NCBI GenBank assembly: GCA_031550255.1
Contig: JAVBOS010000131.1
Span: 1 to 47,164, forward strand
DNA: 47,164 bases
From: Anaeroplasmataceae bacterium
GTDB lineage: Bacteria; Bacillota_I; Bacilli_A; Acholeplasmatales; Anaeroplasmataceae
Direction: 5' to 3'
Shown: positions 39,302-47,164 of the stretch, one piece after another
Layout: each line of letters starts with the position of its first letter
Position numbering within the stretch: position 1 is the first letter of the stretch
Notes under the pieces: generated by a model
The model's input: only the letters and a program-made list of their open reading frames with translations
Told to the model about the DNA's origin: nothing
The model's database searches: none
Made by a program: the position numbers and the translations under genes

Positions 39302-40642
39302 ATGAATTGTAAAAACATATTTAGATTTAAAAAAATAGATGAACAAACAAAGGTAGGATTAGCCAATGCAACTTTCATTTTATATGGTAAAAATGGGTTT
39401 AAACAAAAAAGAACTACAGGTCCTTGTGGATATGTAGAATTTGATAATTTATGCCACGGATACTACAGTATAAAAGAAATAGAAGCTCCAGATGGATATG
39501 AGTTAAATACAGAAATAATAGAAATATATATCGATAGTTGTGGTAATGTTTATATATTAAACGAGAACTATGAAATACCAAATTCTAGAATATATGTTCC
39601 TAAATGTAAAGTCACAATATTTTTAAAAGATGGAAAAGGATTCTTTGAGTTACCTAATATCGAAATAACTTTAAACAATGGAATTAAAGATACCGATTAT
39701 TATACTGATACTGATGGTAAAATCGAATTAGAATTAGAAGATGGTGAATACATAATAAAACAAACATCATGTTTAGAGCATTATATCGAATATAAGCAAA
39801 CACATCTTATAAAGGTGGTTGATGGTATTGCTATTATTGATAATTTTGAAAATAATATTTTAATTATTTATAACAATATGTGTCCAAATTTAAAAATAAT
39901 TACAGAAAGTGAAACAGGAACTATAATAGCAAATGCTAAATTTAAACTTATTAGTGAAGATGGTATAACTGTTAGTGAAGAGACAACAGATAGCTTAGGT
40001 GAGGCATATTTTAGATATTTAAATGAAGGTATTTATACACTTCAACAAATAGATACACCTATAACATATCACAAAGATACATCTATCTATTCTATTCGAG
40101 TTGATATGTGGGGATTTATTTATATAAATGAATCTCATATAGACACTCTAATAATTAAAAACATTAGAAAAAGAATAAACATAGTTGCAAACAAAATATG
40201 GGATGATAATAATGATTCCACAGGCATGAGAATTGGAGTTGTTGATATACAATTATTCCAAAATGGGAACTATCTGGAAACAGCTTATCTAGTAAACCCA
40301 GAATTCACTCATACATTTACACCAGTACAATATGATGATGATGGAAACTTATATAATTACACAATAGATGAACCAGACGTTCCAGAAGGTTATACAAAAA
40401 GTGTTTTCGATTTTACTATTATTAATGAAATCAATTCACAATATGTTGTAGTTTATCACAAAGATGCTGGTTCTAATCAAATAATTGCTGAAGAGGTATT
40501 CTATGTATACTATAATGAAACAAAAACATTTTATGCAAAATCATTTATTGGTTACCAAAACGAAGGAAATACTTCAGTGACACTTTATAATATTCGAGAA
40601 GATAAAGAAATTGATTTTTGGTATAGAAGATTAGCAAGTTAA
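39302..40642 (+). CDS. SpaA/prealbumin-fold + CnaB + MucBP-like multidomain protein lacking a signal peptide and a sorting signal
   Basis: ATG at 39302 follows an AGAGGGGGTGA SD, so the first 10 codons of the track ORF are unlikely. Domain 1 is FRFKKIDEQTKVGLANATFILYG...YSIKEIEAPDGYEL. Two further beta-sandwich-like repeats follow. The CnaB-like domain is ANKIWDDNND...YTIDEPDVPEGYTKS...FTIINE. The C-terminal part, YVVVYHKDAGSNQII...GYQNEG...VTLYNI, is MucBP-like. There is no hydrophobic N-terminus and no LPXTG. Confidence 0.8.
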   Translation: MNCKNIFRFKKIDEQTKVGLANATFILYGKNGFKQKRTTGPCGYVEFDNLCHGYYSIKEIEAPDGYELNTEIIEIYIDSCGNVYILNENYEIPNSRIYVPKCKVTIFLKDGKGFFELPNIEITLNNGIKDTDYYTDTDGKIELELEDGEYIIKQTSCLEHYIEYKQTHLIKVVDGIAIIDNFENNILIIYNNMCPNLKIITESETGTIIANAKFKLISEDGITVSEETTDSLGEAYFRYLNEGIYTLQQIDTPITYHKDTSIYSIRVDMWGFIYINESHIDTLIIKNIRKRINIVANKIWDDNNDSTGMRIGVVDIQLFQNGNYLETAYLVNPEFTHTFTPVQYDDDGNLYNYTIDEPDVPEGYTKSVFDFTIINEINSQYVVVYHKDAGSNQIIAEEVFYVYYNETKTFYAKSFIGYQNEGNTSVTLYNIREDKEIDFWYRRLAS

Positions 40643-40643
40643 C

Positions 40644-40675
40644 AAAAAAAGAAGTGAAATAATCACTTCTTTTTT
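40644..40675. terminator. bidirectional rho-independent terminator between convergent genes
   Basis: aaaaaaa gaagtga aataa tcacttc tttttt. Confidence 0.8.
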
Positions 40676-40680
40676 CATTA

Positions 40681-40911
40681 TTAATTATTACTATTGCTTG
40701 TTGTTTTAGCTTGTGTAGTAGTATTGTTTGTATTATTTGTTTCTTCAATACTTAATTCACATGAAGCTTCGGCAGCCATTCTTCTTGCAACATTAACACA
40801 TTCGTCTTTAGAAGCAAAGTGTTGTTGTTGAACATTACCATTTTGGTCTTGAATTTCCCATTTTCCTGGTTGTTCTTTGCATGGTCTGCATGTAACTTTA
40901 TTATTTTTCAT
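40681..40911 (-). CDS. small DUF2188-like protein with Asn/Thr-rich low-complexity tail
   Basis: ATG at 40911 follows an AAGGTGG SD. The pattern GKWEIQDQNGNV..HFASKDECVNVARRMAAE resembles DUF2188. The tail is NNTNNTTTQAKTTSNSNN. Confidence 0.55.
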   Translation of the reverse strand: MKNNKVTCRPCKEQPGKWEIQDQNGNVQQQHFASKDECVNVARRMAAEASCELSIEETNNTNNTTTQAKTTSNSNN

Positions 40912-41004
40912 TTGTTTTTCCACCTTATATTTTTTTTAGAGATTTTTATCTCTAATATTATTATTAACAAAAAATATAAAATTATATTGGAAAAGTTTAT
41001 AAAA

Positions 41005-41544
41005 TTACAATTTATTTAATTCTTTTTTTAAATCATCTTCTGTTATTCCAAACATTTCTAATCTTTTTAAAAATGTTTTTGCATTTGGTTTACCAATATT
41101 AAAAATATTTGATAAATATTCGCGTAATTTAGCGCTATTTTCATTACCTATTAATTTTAATTCAAATAATAAAGAAAATGATATATCACTTTTCTTATCG
41201 GTTGGAGTTAATAAATTACATAGAGATTCATATATATCTTCTTTTGACGCATGTTCAATACCAACTTTTTTCTTATTTGAACTAATGCATTTATTTTTTT
41301 GTAAAAATGCATGTTTTGCGTTTGGAATTAATTGAGTTATAATTGATCTTATTTTTTCACCAGGTCCATCTGGATCTAGGAATAAAATTATATCATTTTT
41401 GACACTTGCTTCTTTAATCATTTTCAAAGTTTCTTGAGAAATTTCTCTACCATTAGTGATTATTACATTTGCTTCAGGTAAAACTTCCTTAATTTTATTT
41501 AAATCATGTTGACCTTCAACAATAATTACTTCATTAAATTTCAT
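41005..41544 (-). CDS. rnmV: ribonuclease M5 (Toprim domain)
   Basis: 179 aa. VIIVEGQHDLNKIKEV and ILFLDPDGPGEKIR are Toprim motifs. Its position is syntenic with rsmA. Confidence 0.88.
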   Translation of the reverse strand: MKFNEVIIVEGQHDLNKIKEVLPEANVIITNGREISQETLKMIKEASVKNDIILFLDPDGPGEKIRSIITQLIPNAKHAFLQKNKCISSNKKKVGIEHASKEDIYESLCNLLTPTDKKSDISFSLLFELKLIGNENSAKLREYLSNIFNIGKPNAKTFLKRLEMFGITEDDLKKELNKL

Positions 41545-42771
41545 TTAAATATTACCATAAAAAACACGGACAGATTTTTTTCTTCCACTTGATACAAGAC
41601 CTTTAATAATTGGCGAAAAATCTTCAAGTGAAACTATTGAACCATCTTGTTTTTCAATTTTAATATCATTAATATCAAAAGATTTAGTTTGATCAACATG
41701 CAAATATGCAGCTTGGCTTACTGTAGATTCATAATAACAATATCTAGATAATAAATTATCGTTTAGATATTTTTTTCTTAGTTCTTCTAGTTTTTCTAAA
41801 TCTGAATCTACATTTATTTCTTTATATTCAAATAATTTTCGATTTTGAAAGTCATTACTCAATTTTGATAAAATTTTATCTTTCGAAAATGAAAGTTGCT
41901 TTATCATACCATTTACATAAGCATCATCTAGATTAATATAACTATCTAAATCATTATTGTCTTTCATTACATTAATAAAAGAACTAATATTAGCATCTAT
42001 TTCTTCATTATTTTCGACTAAATCCTTTAGTCTAGTGTATATGCTTTGTAAAATTAATTCATATGCTCTGGCAGTAGGATGAAAATAAACTTGCCAGTAC
42101 ATGTGATATCTACTCATAATGTAAGATTCAATTGAGTGTACTCCAGAAGCTCTAAAAATTACCTGTTTATCAATAATCTTCATACTTCTTACTAGTCTAT
42201 TTACATCAATTGTTCCATAAGTAGCGCCAGTAAAATAAGCATCCCTTTGTAAATAATCCATTCTATCAACATCAAGTTGCGATGAAGTTAAAGCCTCAAT
42301 AAGAGGATACTTTCCAAGATGTAAGATGACATTTGCAACATCATTAGCTAAATTACTATATTTACTTAGAACTTCATTAACTTGTGTATTTCCTAAAATA
42401 AGTTTAGCTGACATCGCCTCATGCGAAATTGACATTACATGCTCAAATGCATGAGAATATGGTCCATGACCAATATCGTGTAATAATGATGATATTAAGA
42501 AAATCAATTTTTCGTACTCATTCATATTTTCATTAATGCATGATACAGATTCACAAATTCTTCTAGCCATTTCATATGTTCCTAGACTATGTGCAAATCT
42601 CGAATGTTCAGCAGTATGGAACACCATACTAACTCCACTTAATTGTCTAATTCTTCTTAATCTTTGAACTTCTTTTGTATCAATTAAATCTGATATTATT
42701 TTATAGTCAACCGTAATGTATCCATATATAGGATCTCTAAATACTTTTTCTCTTTCAAATTTTTCAAACAT
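41545..42771 (-). CDS. HD domain protein, SAMHD1/YwfO-like dNTP triphosphohydrolase family
   Basis: FRDPIYGYI, RLRRIRQL, HSRFAHSLGT, LLHDIGHGPYSHAFE and LDVDRMDYLQRD motifs. The gene abuts rnmV with no gap. Confidence 0.88.
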   Translation of the reverse strand: MFEKFEREKVFRDPIYGYITVDYKIISDLIDTKEVQRLRRIRQLSGVSMVFHTAEHSRFAHSLGTYEMARRICESVSCINENMNEYEKLIFLISSLLHDIGHGPYSHAFEHVMSISHEAMSAKLILGNTQVNEVLSKYSNLANDVANVILHLGKYPLIEALTSSQLDVDRMDYLQRDAYFTGATYGTIDVNRLVRSMKIIDKQVIFRASGVHSIESYIMSRYHMYWQVYFHPTARAYELILQSIYTRLKDLVENNEEIDANISSFINVMKDNNDLDSYINLDDAYVNGMIKQLSFSKDKILSKLSNDFQNRKLFEYKEINVDSDLEKLEELRKKYLNDNLLSRYCYYESTVSQAAYLHVDQTKSFDINDIKIEKQDGSIVSLEDFSPIIKGLVSSGRKKSVRVFYGNI

Positions 42772-42772
42772 T

Positions 42773-43303
42773 TTACTCACTCGTTTCTAATAAAAATTCT
42801 TCCATAAAATTTTTTGAGGCACTTCCTAAATTAATATCATCTTTATTTAAATAATTTCTCATACTTAAGCGATAATTACCATTTATAAATCCCCATAACT
42901 GCGGCAATTTATCTGGCGAAGATTCAGATGACACACCGGTTAAAGCAACAAAAGTATCTATAAAATCAGTGTCCGTTTTTCTAGATAAAACAGTAGATTT
43001 TAAATAATAAATTTTTTCTATTTCTAGTTTTTTTGCATTCTCATCAAAATAACCAACATTATTAAGGCAAACAGAACATTCTGGTTGACCATAGTATAAA
43101 ATAAAAGATTCTTTACTATTGATTTTTTCATATAATTCTTCTTTTGTAATTTCAAAATAAACATTATCTTCTTGTAGTGGTTTATCAGTTTCCCACGACA
43201 TTATATAACAGTTAAAAATGGTGTCATTGCAAGGTTTTTCATAGCATGATGTAGTGTGTATGCTTAATACAAAAAGCAATAAAAATATTATAATTTTTTT
43301 CAT
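42773..43303 (-). CDS. putative secreted protein or lipoprotein with a thioredoxin-like CXXC motif
   Basis: MKKIIIFLLLFVLSIHTTSC is a signal or lipobox-like N-terminus, and YYGQPECSVC is present. The start is uncertain because no clear SD is seen; the track ORF extends to 43327. Confidence 0.5.
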   Translation of the reverse strand: MKKIIIFLLLFVLSIHTTSCYEKPCNDTIFNCYIMSWETDKPLQEDNVYFEITKEELYEKINSKESFILYYGQPECSVCLNNVGYFDENAKKLEIEKIYYLKSTVLSRKTDTDFIDTFVALTGVSSESSPDKLPQLWGFINGNYRLSMRNYLNKDDINLGSASKNFMEEFLLETSE

Positions 43304-43309
43304 TATTTT

Positions 43310-43337
43310 TAGAAAATAAAGGGGCAAAAAAGCCCCT
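43310..43337 (-). terminator. terminator hairpin after pduL
   Basis: aggggc-aaaaaa-gcccct (43320-43337), followed on the minus strand by TTATTTTCT. Confidence 0.55.
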
Positions 43338-43345
43338 AAATTTTA

Positions 43346-43936
43346 TTATTTAATTACTTCTAATAATTGCCCTTGTTTAACATCAAAAGCACAAGCATCA
43401 TCAACATCAATATGGAAATCCATAGCAAAGTCTTTATTAACTCTACATAAAACTTCTGACATTACTCCACCTTTGCGTCCATCAACTTTAACACTAACAA
43501 TTTGTCTATCTACTATTCCGTATTCTGCTGCTTCTTCTAATGATAAATGTATATGTCTATCTGCAACAATTACACCTTCATTTAAAACTACTTCTTTACC
43601 GTTTAATGGATTTACTAATTTACAAGCTCCACTTCCAGCAATATCTCCTGATGATCTGATTGGTCCAGCTATTTTAGCTTTTGTACATTCACTTCTTAAT
43701 AATTCAACTTGTGATTGAGAACGAAGTGGTCCCAAAATTCTCACTTTCTCAATTGTTCTTCCTTTTGGATCTAAACTAACAACATCTAATTGTTCTTCGC
43801 AAGCATATTGTCCAGGTTGACTCAAATCAATTTTTTTTGTCAATTCTTTTCCTTCACCAAATAATACTTCAAAGTCTTTTTTTGATAAATGTATATGGTG
43901 TGCACTTACACCAACAGGTACTAATAATTTTTTCAT
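43346..43936 (-). CDS. pduL: phosphate propanoyltransferase / phosphotransacylase PduL
   Basis: Two PduL repeats are present: VPVGVSAHHIHLS and IVADRHIHLS. Start moved to MKKLLVPVG at 43936. Confidence 0.88.
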   Translation of the reverse strand: MKKLLVPVGVSAHHIHLSKKDFEVLFGEGKELTKKIDLSQPGQYACEEQLDVVSLDPKGRTIEKVRILGPLRSQSQVELLRSECTKAKIAGPIRSSGDIAGSGACKLVNPLNGKEVVLNEGVIVADRHIHLSLEEAAEYGIVDRQIVSVKVDGRKGGVMSEVLCRVNKDFAMDFHIDVDDACAFDVKQGQLLEVIK

Positions 43937-44003
43937 TCTTACATCTCCATTCATGCATATATTATAACATAATACATAGATTTTTCAATATTTTAAGAAT
44001 TAA

Positions 44004-44651
44004 CTAAATATTTTGTCCAAATTCATCTATGTATACTTCCATTAAAGAAAAGGCTAATTTATTATCTTTTTGTAATAAAGCTTTAAGAATCTCTTTATGA
44101 TAATAAATTTCAATGTTTGATTGAATTCCATCAATATCATATGTCGATAAATCAATTAAAGATTTAGATAAAGTATTTATTAGATAATTATTGCCAGTAA
44201 TTTCCGCTAATTTTAAATGGTACTTTAAAACATTTTCTTTTAAAATACCAATATTACTTTTATTGTTTTCAATCTTTGATACTATCTGAACCAAATCTTT
44301 AATATCGCTTTCTAATATTTTTTCACAAACTATCTTACATATATTAGGTTCAAGGATTTTTCTTATTACATATATATCATTTAAAGAATTATATCCTTCT
44401 TTTTTTTCCACAATAACATTTGTCTTGTTACTCTTTACATATGACCCAGAACCAAAAATTGTTTCTACTAAACCAGAGGTTACCAAAACTTGTAATGAAC
44501 TCCTTATAGTAGATCGACTAACTTCATATATTTTACAAAGTTCAAATTCAGATGGAAGTTTTTCTCCAATTTTCATTTCTCCGTTTATTATTTTATTTTT
44601 TAATTTTTCAGCAATTTGACTGCTTATATTTTTTCTTTCTAAATTTTCCAT
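44004..44651 (-). CDS. GntR family transcriptional regulator (FadR/FCD subfamily)
   Basis: IAEKLKNKIINGEMKIGEKLPSEFELCKIYEVSRSTIRSSLQVL is a GntR wHTH, followed by a helical FCD-like C-terminus. Start moved to MENLERK at 44651 after a GAGGG SD. Confidence 0.88.
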   Translation of the reverse strand: MENLERKNISSQIAEKLKNKIINGEMKIGEKLPSEFELCKIYEVSRSTIRSSLQVLVTSGLVETIFGSGSYVKSNKTNVIVEKKEGYNSLNDIYVIRKILEPNICKIVCEKILESDIKDLVQIVSKIENNKSNIGILKENVLKYHLKLAEITGNNYLINTLSKSLIDLSTYDIDGIQSNIEIYYHKEILKALLQKDNKLAFSLMEVYIDEFGQNI

Positions 44652-44843
44652 CTTACCCTCGTACCTGTATGACATGTATGTGTATTTATTATACCATTCA
44701 TATATTTTAAAGCAATACAAATAGTCATTTTCGACAAAACTTCTAAAAAAACTTCAACATTTTTGAATTGTCATACAACTTTTGTGTTTTTTTTAGTTAT
44801 TTTTTTAGTTGCAATTTCATATATTTTAATGGTAGGTGATATA

Positions 44844-45263
44844 GTGGCCGTTATAAAATATACCGAAGCAGAGGTTTCTTTACTTGCTCGTTTGATGAGA
44901 GCCGAAGCTGAAGGCGATGGTCAAAAAGGAATGCTATGCGTTGGTAATGTTGGTGTTAATAGAGTTAGAGCTAATTGCTTAGATTTTAAAAATATTAACA
45001 CAATTTCACAAATGGTATTTCAATCCCCCGGTGGATTTGAAGCAACAACAAAAAGTTATTTTTATCAAGCTGCAAGAGAGCAAGATAAAAGACTTGCTAA
45101 AAAATGTATAAACGGAGAACGATTCGAACCAGCTACAAGATCTCTATGGTTTTACAATCCATTTGGGGCAGGCTGCAGAGCACAGTGGTTCGGTCAATGG
45201 AACTCTGGAGTGTACAAAAGTCATTGTTTCTATTCACCAGTAGAAAGCGAAAATTGCTATTAA
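44844..45263 (+). CDS. cwlJ: spore cortex-lytic cell wall hydrolase CwlJ (SleB catalytic domain only)
   Basis: LLARLMRAEAEGDGQKGMLCVGNVGVNRVRANC...WFYNP...KSHCFY aligns with B. subtilis CwlJ as recalled. GTG at 44844 follows an AGGTGAT SD. The TTG-initiated extension in the track (44763) has no SD. Confidence 0.82.
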   Translation: MAVIKYTEAEVSLLARLMRAEAEGDGQKGMLCVGNVGVNRVRANCLDFKNINTISQMVFQSPGGFEATTKSYFYQAAREQDKRLAKKCINGERFEPATRSLWFYNPFGAGCRAQWFGQWNSGVYKSHCFYSPVESENCY

Positions 45264-45276
45264 AGGAGAGATGTTT

Positions 45277-45663
45277 ATGAATTGTTATCAATACCCACCT
45301 TTCATGGGTTATGGAATGGGAGGCTATCCAACAATGCCTCAAGCTATGCCTCAAATGATGGGCATGCCAGGAATGTATGATCAAATTAGTGGAGCGCCAA
45401 TGGGCGAACAAGAACAATCATATATAGAAAACATTTTACGATTAAACTTAGGTAAAACTGTTTCTGTTTATATGAATTTCGAAAACAGTCAATGGGGTTC
45501 AAAAATCTTTAAAGGGACATTAGAAGCAGCAGGAAAAGATCATATTATCATAAGTGATCCTAATACGAATATGAGATATCTTTTATTAACTATTTATCTT
45601 AATTACGTGACTTTCGATGAGGAAATAAATTATTATTATCCTTATCATCCACAAAATAAATAA
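45277..45663 (+). CDS. gerQ: spore coat protein GerQ
   Basis: Met/Pro/Gly-rich N-terminus, then EQSYIENILRLNLGKTVSVYMNFENSQWGSKIFKGTLEAAGKDHIIISDP...RYLLLTIYLNYVTFDEEI, which is highly GerQ (YwdL)-like. Confidence 0.85.
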   Translation: MNCYQYPPFMGYGMGGYPTMPQAMPQMMGMPGMYDQISGAPMGEQEQSYIENILRLNLGKTVSVYMNFENSQWGSKIFKGTLEAAGKDHIIISDPNTNMRYLLLTIYLNYVTFDEEINYYYPYHPQNK

Positions 45664-45687
45664 ACGGCTTAAATAAGCCGTTTTTAT
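45662..45687 (+). terminator. rho-independent terminator after gerQ (overlaps the stop of the convergent helicase gene)
   Basis: aaacggctt-aaat-aagccgttt followed by TTTTTAT. Confidence 0.7.
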
Positions 45688-47164
45688 TTATTATTCCAAA
45701 ATATTTCTAATTCTTTTTTTAATTGATTATCTAAATTTATTTTTCTAAAATGAGACCATTCTTTTGGCATTAAACTCCTGTATAATTGATAAGAAAATCT
45801 CTCATCAATTAAAATAACTACACCTCTATCTGATTCACTTCTAATAACTCTACCGGCCGCTTGTACTACTTTATTAAAGCCCGGAAAAGTATAAGCATAA
45901 TCAAATCCAGATTCATACTTTTCATCAAAAAAATCTTTCAATAAATTATTTTCAAAATTGACTTGCGGAAGACCAACACCAACAATAATTACACCGCTTA
46001 ATCTATCGCCAATAAAATCCATTCCTTCACTAAAAACTCCACCCATAACAAACAATCCTATTTTAGTGGTAGAATTATCATTAAACTTTTCAAAGTAAAT
46101 ATCTCTTTCTATATCCGTCATATTTGGTTTTTGAATAATCAATTCATATGGATAATCTAGTAATACATCTTTAACCATATCTAAGTACTGGTAAGATGGG
46201 AAGAATACTATATAATTGCCAACTTTAGAACTAGCTAATATATCAATAGTGTTAATTATTTCATCTAAAGAATTTTTTCTGTCTTTATATTTTGTGCTTA
46301 TTTGATCTCTAATAATTAACTTTAAGTTATCTTTATCAAATGGCGAATTTAAAGTTAAAAATTTGCCCTCACCTTTTGTTAAAAGATCCATATGATACTT
46401 AATTGGATATAGTGTTGCACTAAAGAATACAGTGCCAAAACATCTAGTTTTGATTATATCTAACAAGAATTTAGATGCATCTAGACAATTTAAATTAACA
46501 ACAAAATCATCTTTTTCTTTTCTAATCATAAACCTATGACTTTCTCCAAAAAGTTCACTTATCATTAAATAATCTTTTAAAATAAAATATTCTTCTAAGG
46601 CTTCGTCCTTGTTTTTAAACTCTTTATTATCAGAAAAAATAGTTTCACATTTATTACAAATACGTTTTATGCTTACATATAAATCATTATTCATAAATTT
46701 ATCGAAAAATGGCGTATCTATGGCAATTTTATCATCATATGACTCAACAATTTCTAAACAATTTTTAATGTCATTTTTAACGGAAGGTTTCATGCTACTT
46801 AATGATTTTCTCAAGTTTATTAAATTTGTTGTCGATAAACTTGCTGAGTACATATCCTTGCTTCTACTTATTAAATTATGAGCCTCATCAATTAATAATT
46901 TTGGTTGATAATCATCAACATCAAAGTATCTAATTAAATGTGCCTTAGGATCAAACGCATAATTATAATCAGCAATTATCAAATCGCAAAAATATGATAA
47001 ATATAAGGCATATTCAAAACTACAAATCTCATGTTTCATAGCAAAATCTTTAACAGTAGAAAAATCAAATAAATCTGTATGAGTAAAGATATCTTCTGTA
47101 GCATTTTTTAATCTATCAAAAAAACCTTTTGCATAACGACAATTATCCGGATCACAGTTTTTAA
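45684..47164 (-). CDS. DinG/XPD (Rad3)-family ATP-dependent DNA helicase, partial (5' end outside window)
   Basis: LLIDEAHNL (DEAH box), VFFPSY, GGVFSEGMDF and QAAGRVIRSESDRGVVILIDERF are present. The frame stays open upstream of the track ATG (47039) to the window edge, reading ...CDPDNCRYAKGFF, which resembles Fe-S domain cysteines. Confidence 0.85.
   Translation of the reverse strand, partial: KNCDPDNCRYAKGFFDRLKNATEDIFTHTDLFDFSTVKDFAMKHEICSFEYALYLSYFCDLIIADYNYAFDPKAHLIRYFDVDDYQPKLLIDEAHNLISRSKDMYSASLSTTNLINLRKSLSSMKPSVKNDIKNCLEIVESYDDKIAIDTPFFDKFMNNDLYVSIKRICNKCETIFSDNKEFKNKDEALEEYFILKDYLMISELFGESHRFMIRKEKDDFVVNLNCLDASKFLLDIIKTRCFGTVFFSATLYPIKYHMDLLTKGEGKFLTLNSPFDKDNLKLIIRDQISTKYKDRKNSLDEIINTIDILASSKVGNYIVFFPSYQYLDMVKDVLLDYPYELIIQKPNMTDIERDIYFEKFNDNSTTKIGLFVMGGVFSEGMDFIGDRLSGVIIVGVGLPQVNFENNLLKDFFDEKYESGFDYAYTFPGFNKVVQAAGRVIRSESDRGVVILIDERFSYQLYRSLMPKEWSHFRKINLDNQLKKELEIFWNNK

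Noticed and set aside
41545-42771. The HD-domain dNTPase-like gene could be an anti-phage dGTPase/dNTPase defence gene.
   Set aside because: It is tightly packed (zero-nt gap) with housekeeping rnmV in the conserved backbone and resembles YwfO-type housekeeping HD proteins. There are no island features around it.
44763-44843. The hydrophobic N-terminal extension of the cwlJ ORF (TTG start) suggests a membrane anchor.
   Set aside because: No SD precedes the TTG. A strong AGGTGAT SD precedes the GTG at 44844, and the resulting 139-aa protein matches the length and N-terminus of CwlJ.

Overview
Strongly AT-rich window with almost every gene on the minus strand. The gene content points to a spore-forming low-GC Bacillota, probably Erysipelotrichia or a close relative; this placement is inferred and was not checked by search. 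The backbone is housekeeping. It holds an rnfCDGEA-(small ORF)-B operon, a fused MacB-type ABC transporter, yebC, peptidases (M42, M29, PepF) and purA. It also carries a block syntenic with the origin-proximal region of Bacillus subtilis: rnmV, rsmA/ksgA, yabG, ispE, prs, pth, mfd, spoVT. Further genes are an HD-domain dNTPase-like gene, pduL, a GntR regulator, a cwlJ-gerQ germination pair and a partial DinG/XPD-type helicase. Two accessory insertions interrupt this backbone. (a) About 11 kb between pepF/pth and mfd (about 21.9-33.1 kb) holds a cytoplasmic sulfatase-TauE-anSME operon, an NYN+LOTUS protein, a 4-TM protein and a DUF4303-like fusion protein. It also holds at least four decayed genes: a vWA fragment, an HD-GYP fragment, a methyltransferase with an in-frame TGA, and an esterase with a nonsense codon plus a frameshift. 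(b) A signal-less SpaA/CnaB/MucBP-type protein plus a DUF2188-like gene sit between rnmV and rsmA. No rRNA, tRNA, CRISPR array, integrase or transposase was seen. The most unusual items are: the Rnf operon, whose RnfB is reduced to one Fe-S motif and which has an extra translationally coupled 72-aa Cys-rich membrane ORF; the adhesin-like, Cys-containing protein with no export or anchoring signals among sporulation genes; and the pseudogene-rich variable island with a possible conflict-system trio. All family assignments come from motif recognition by eye and need HMM or BLAST confirmation.
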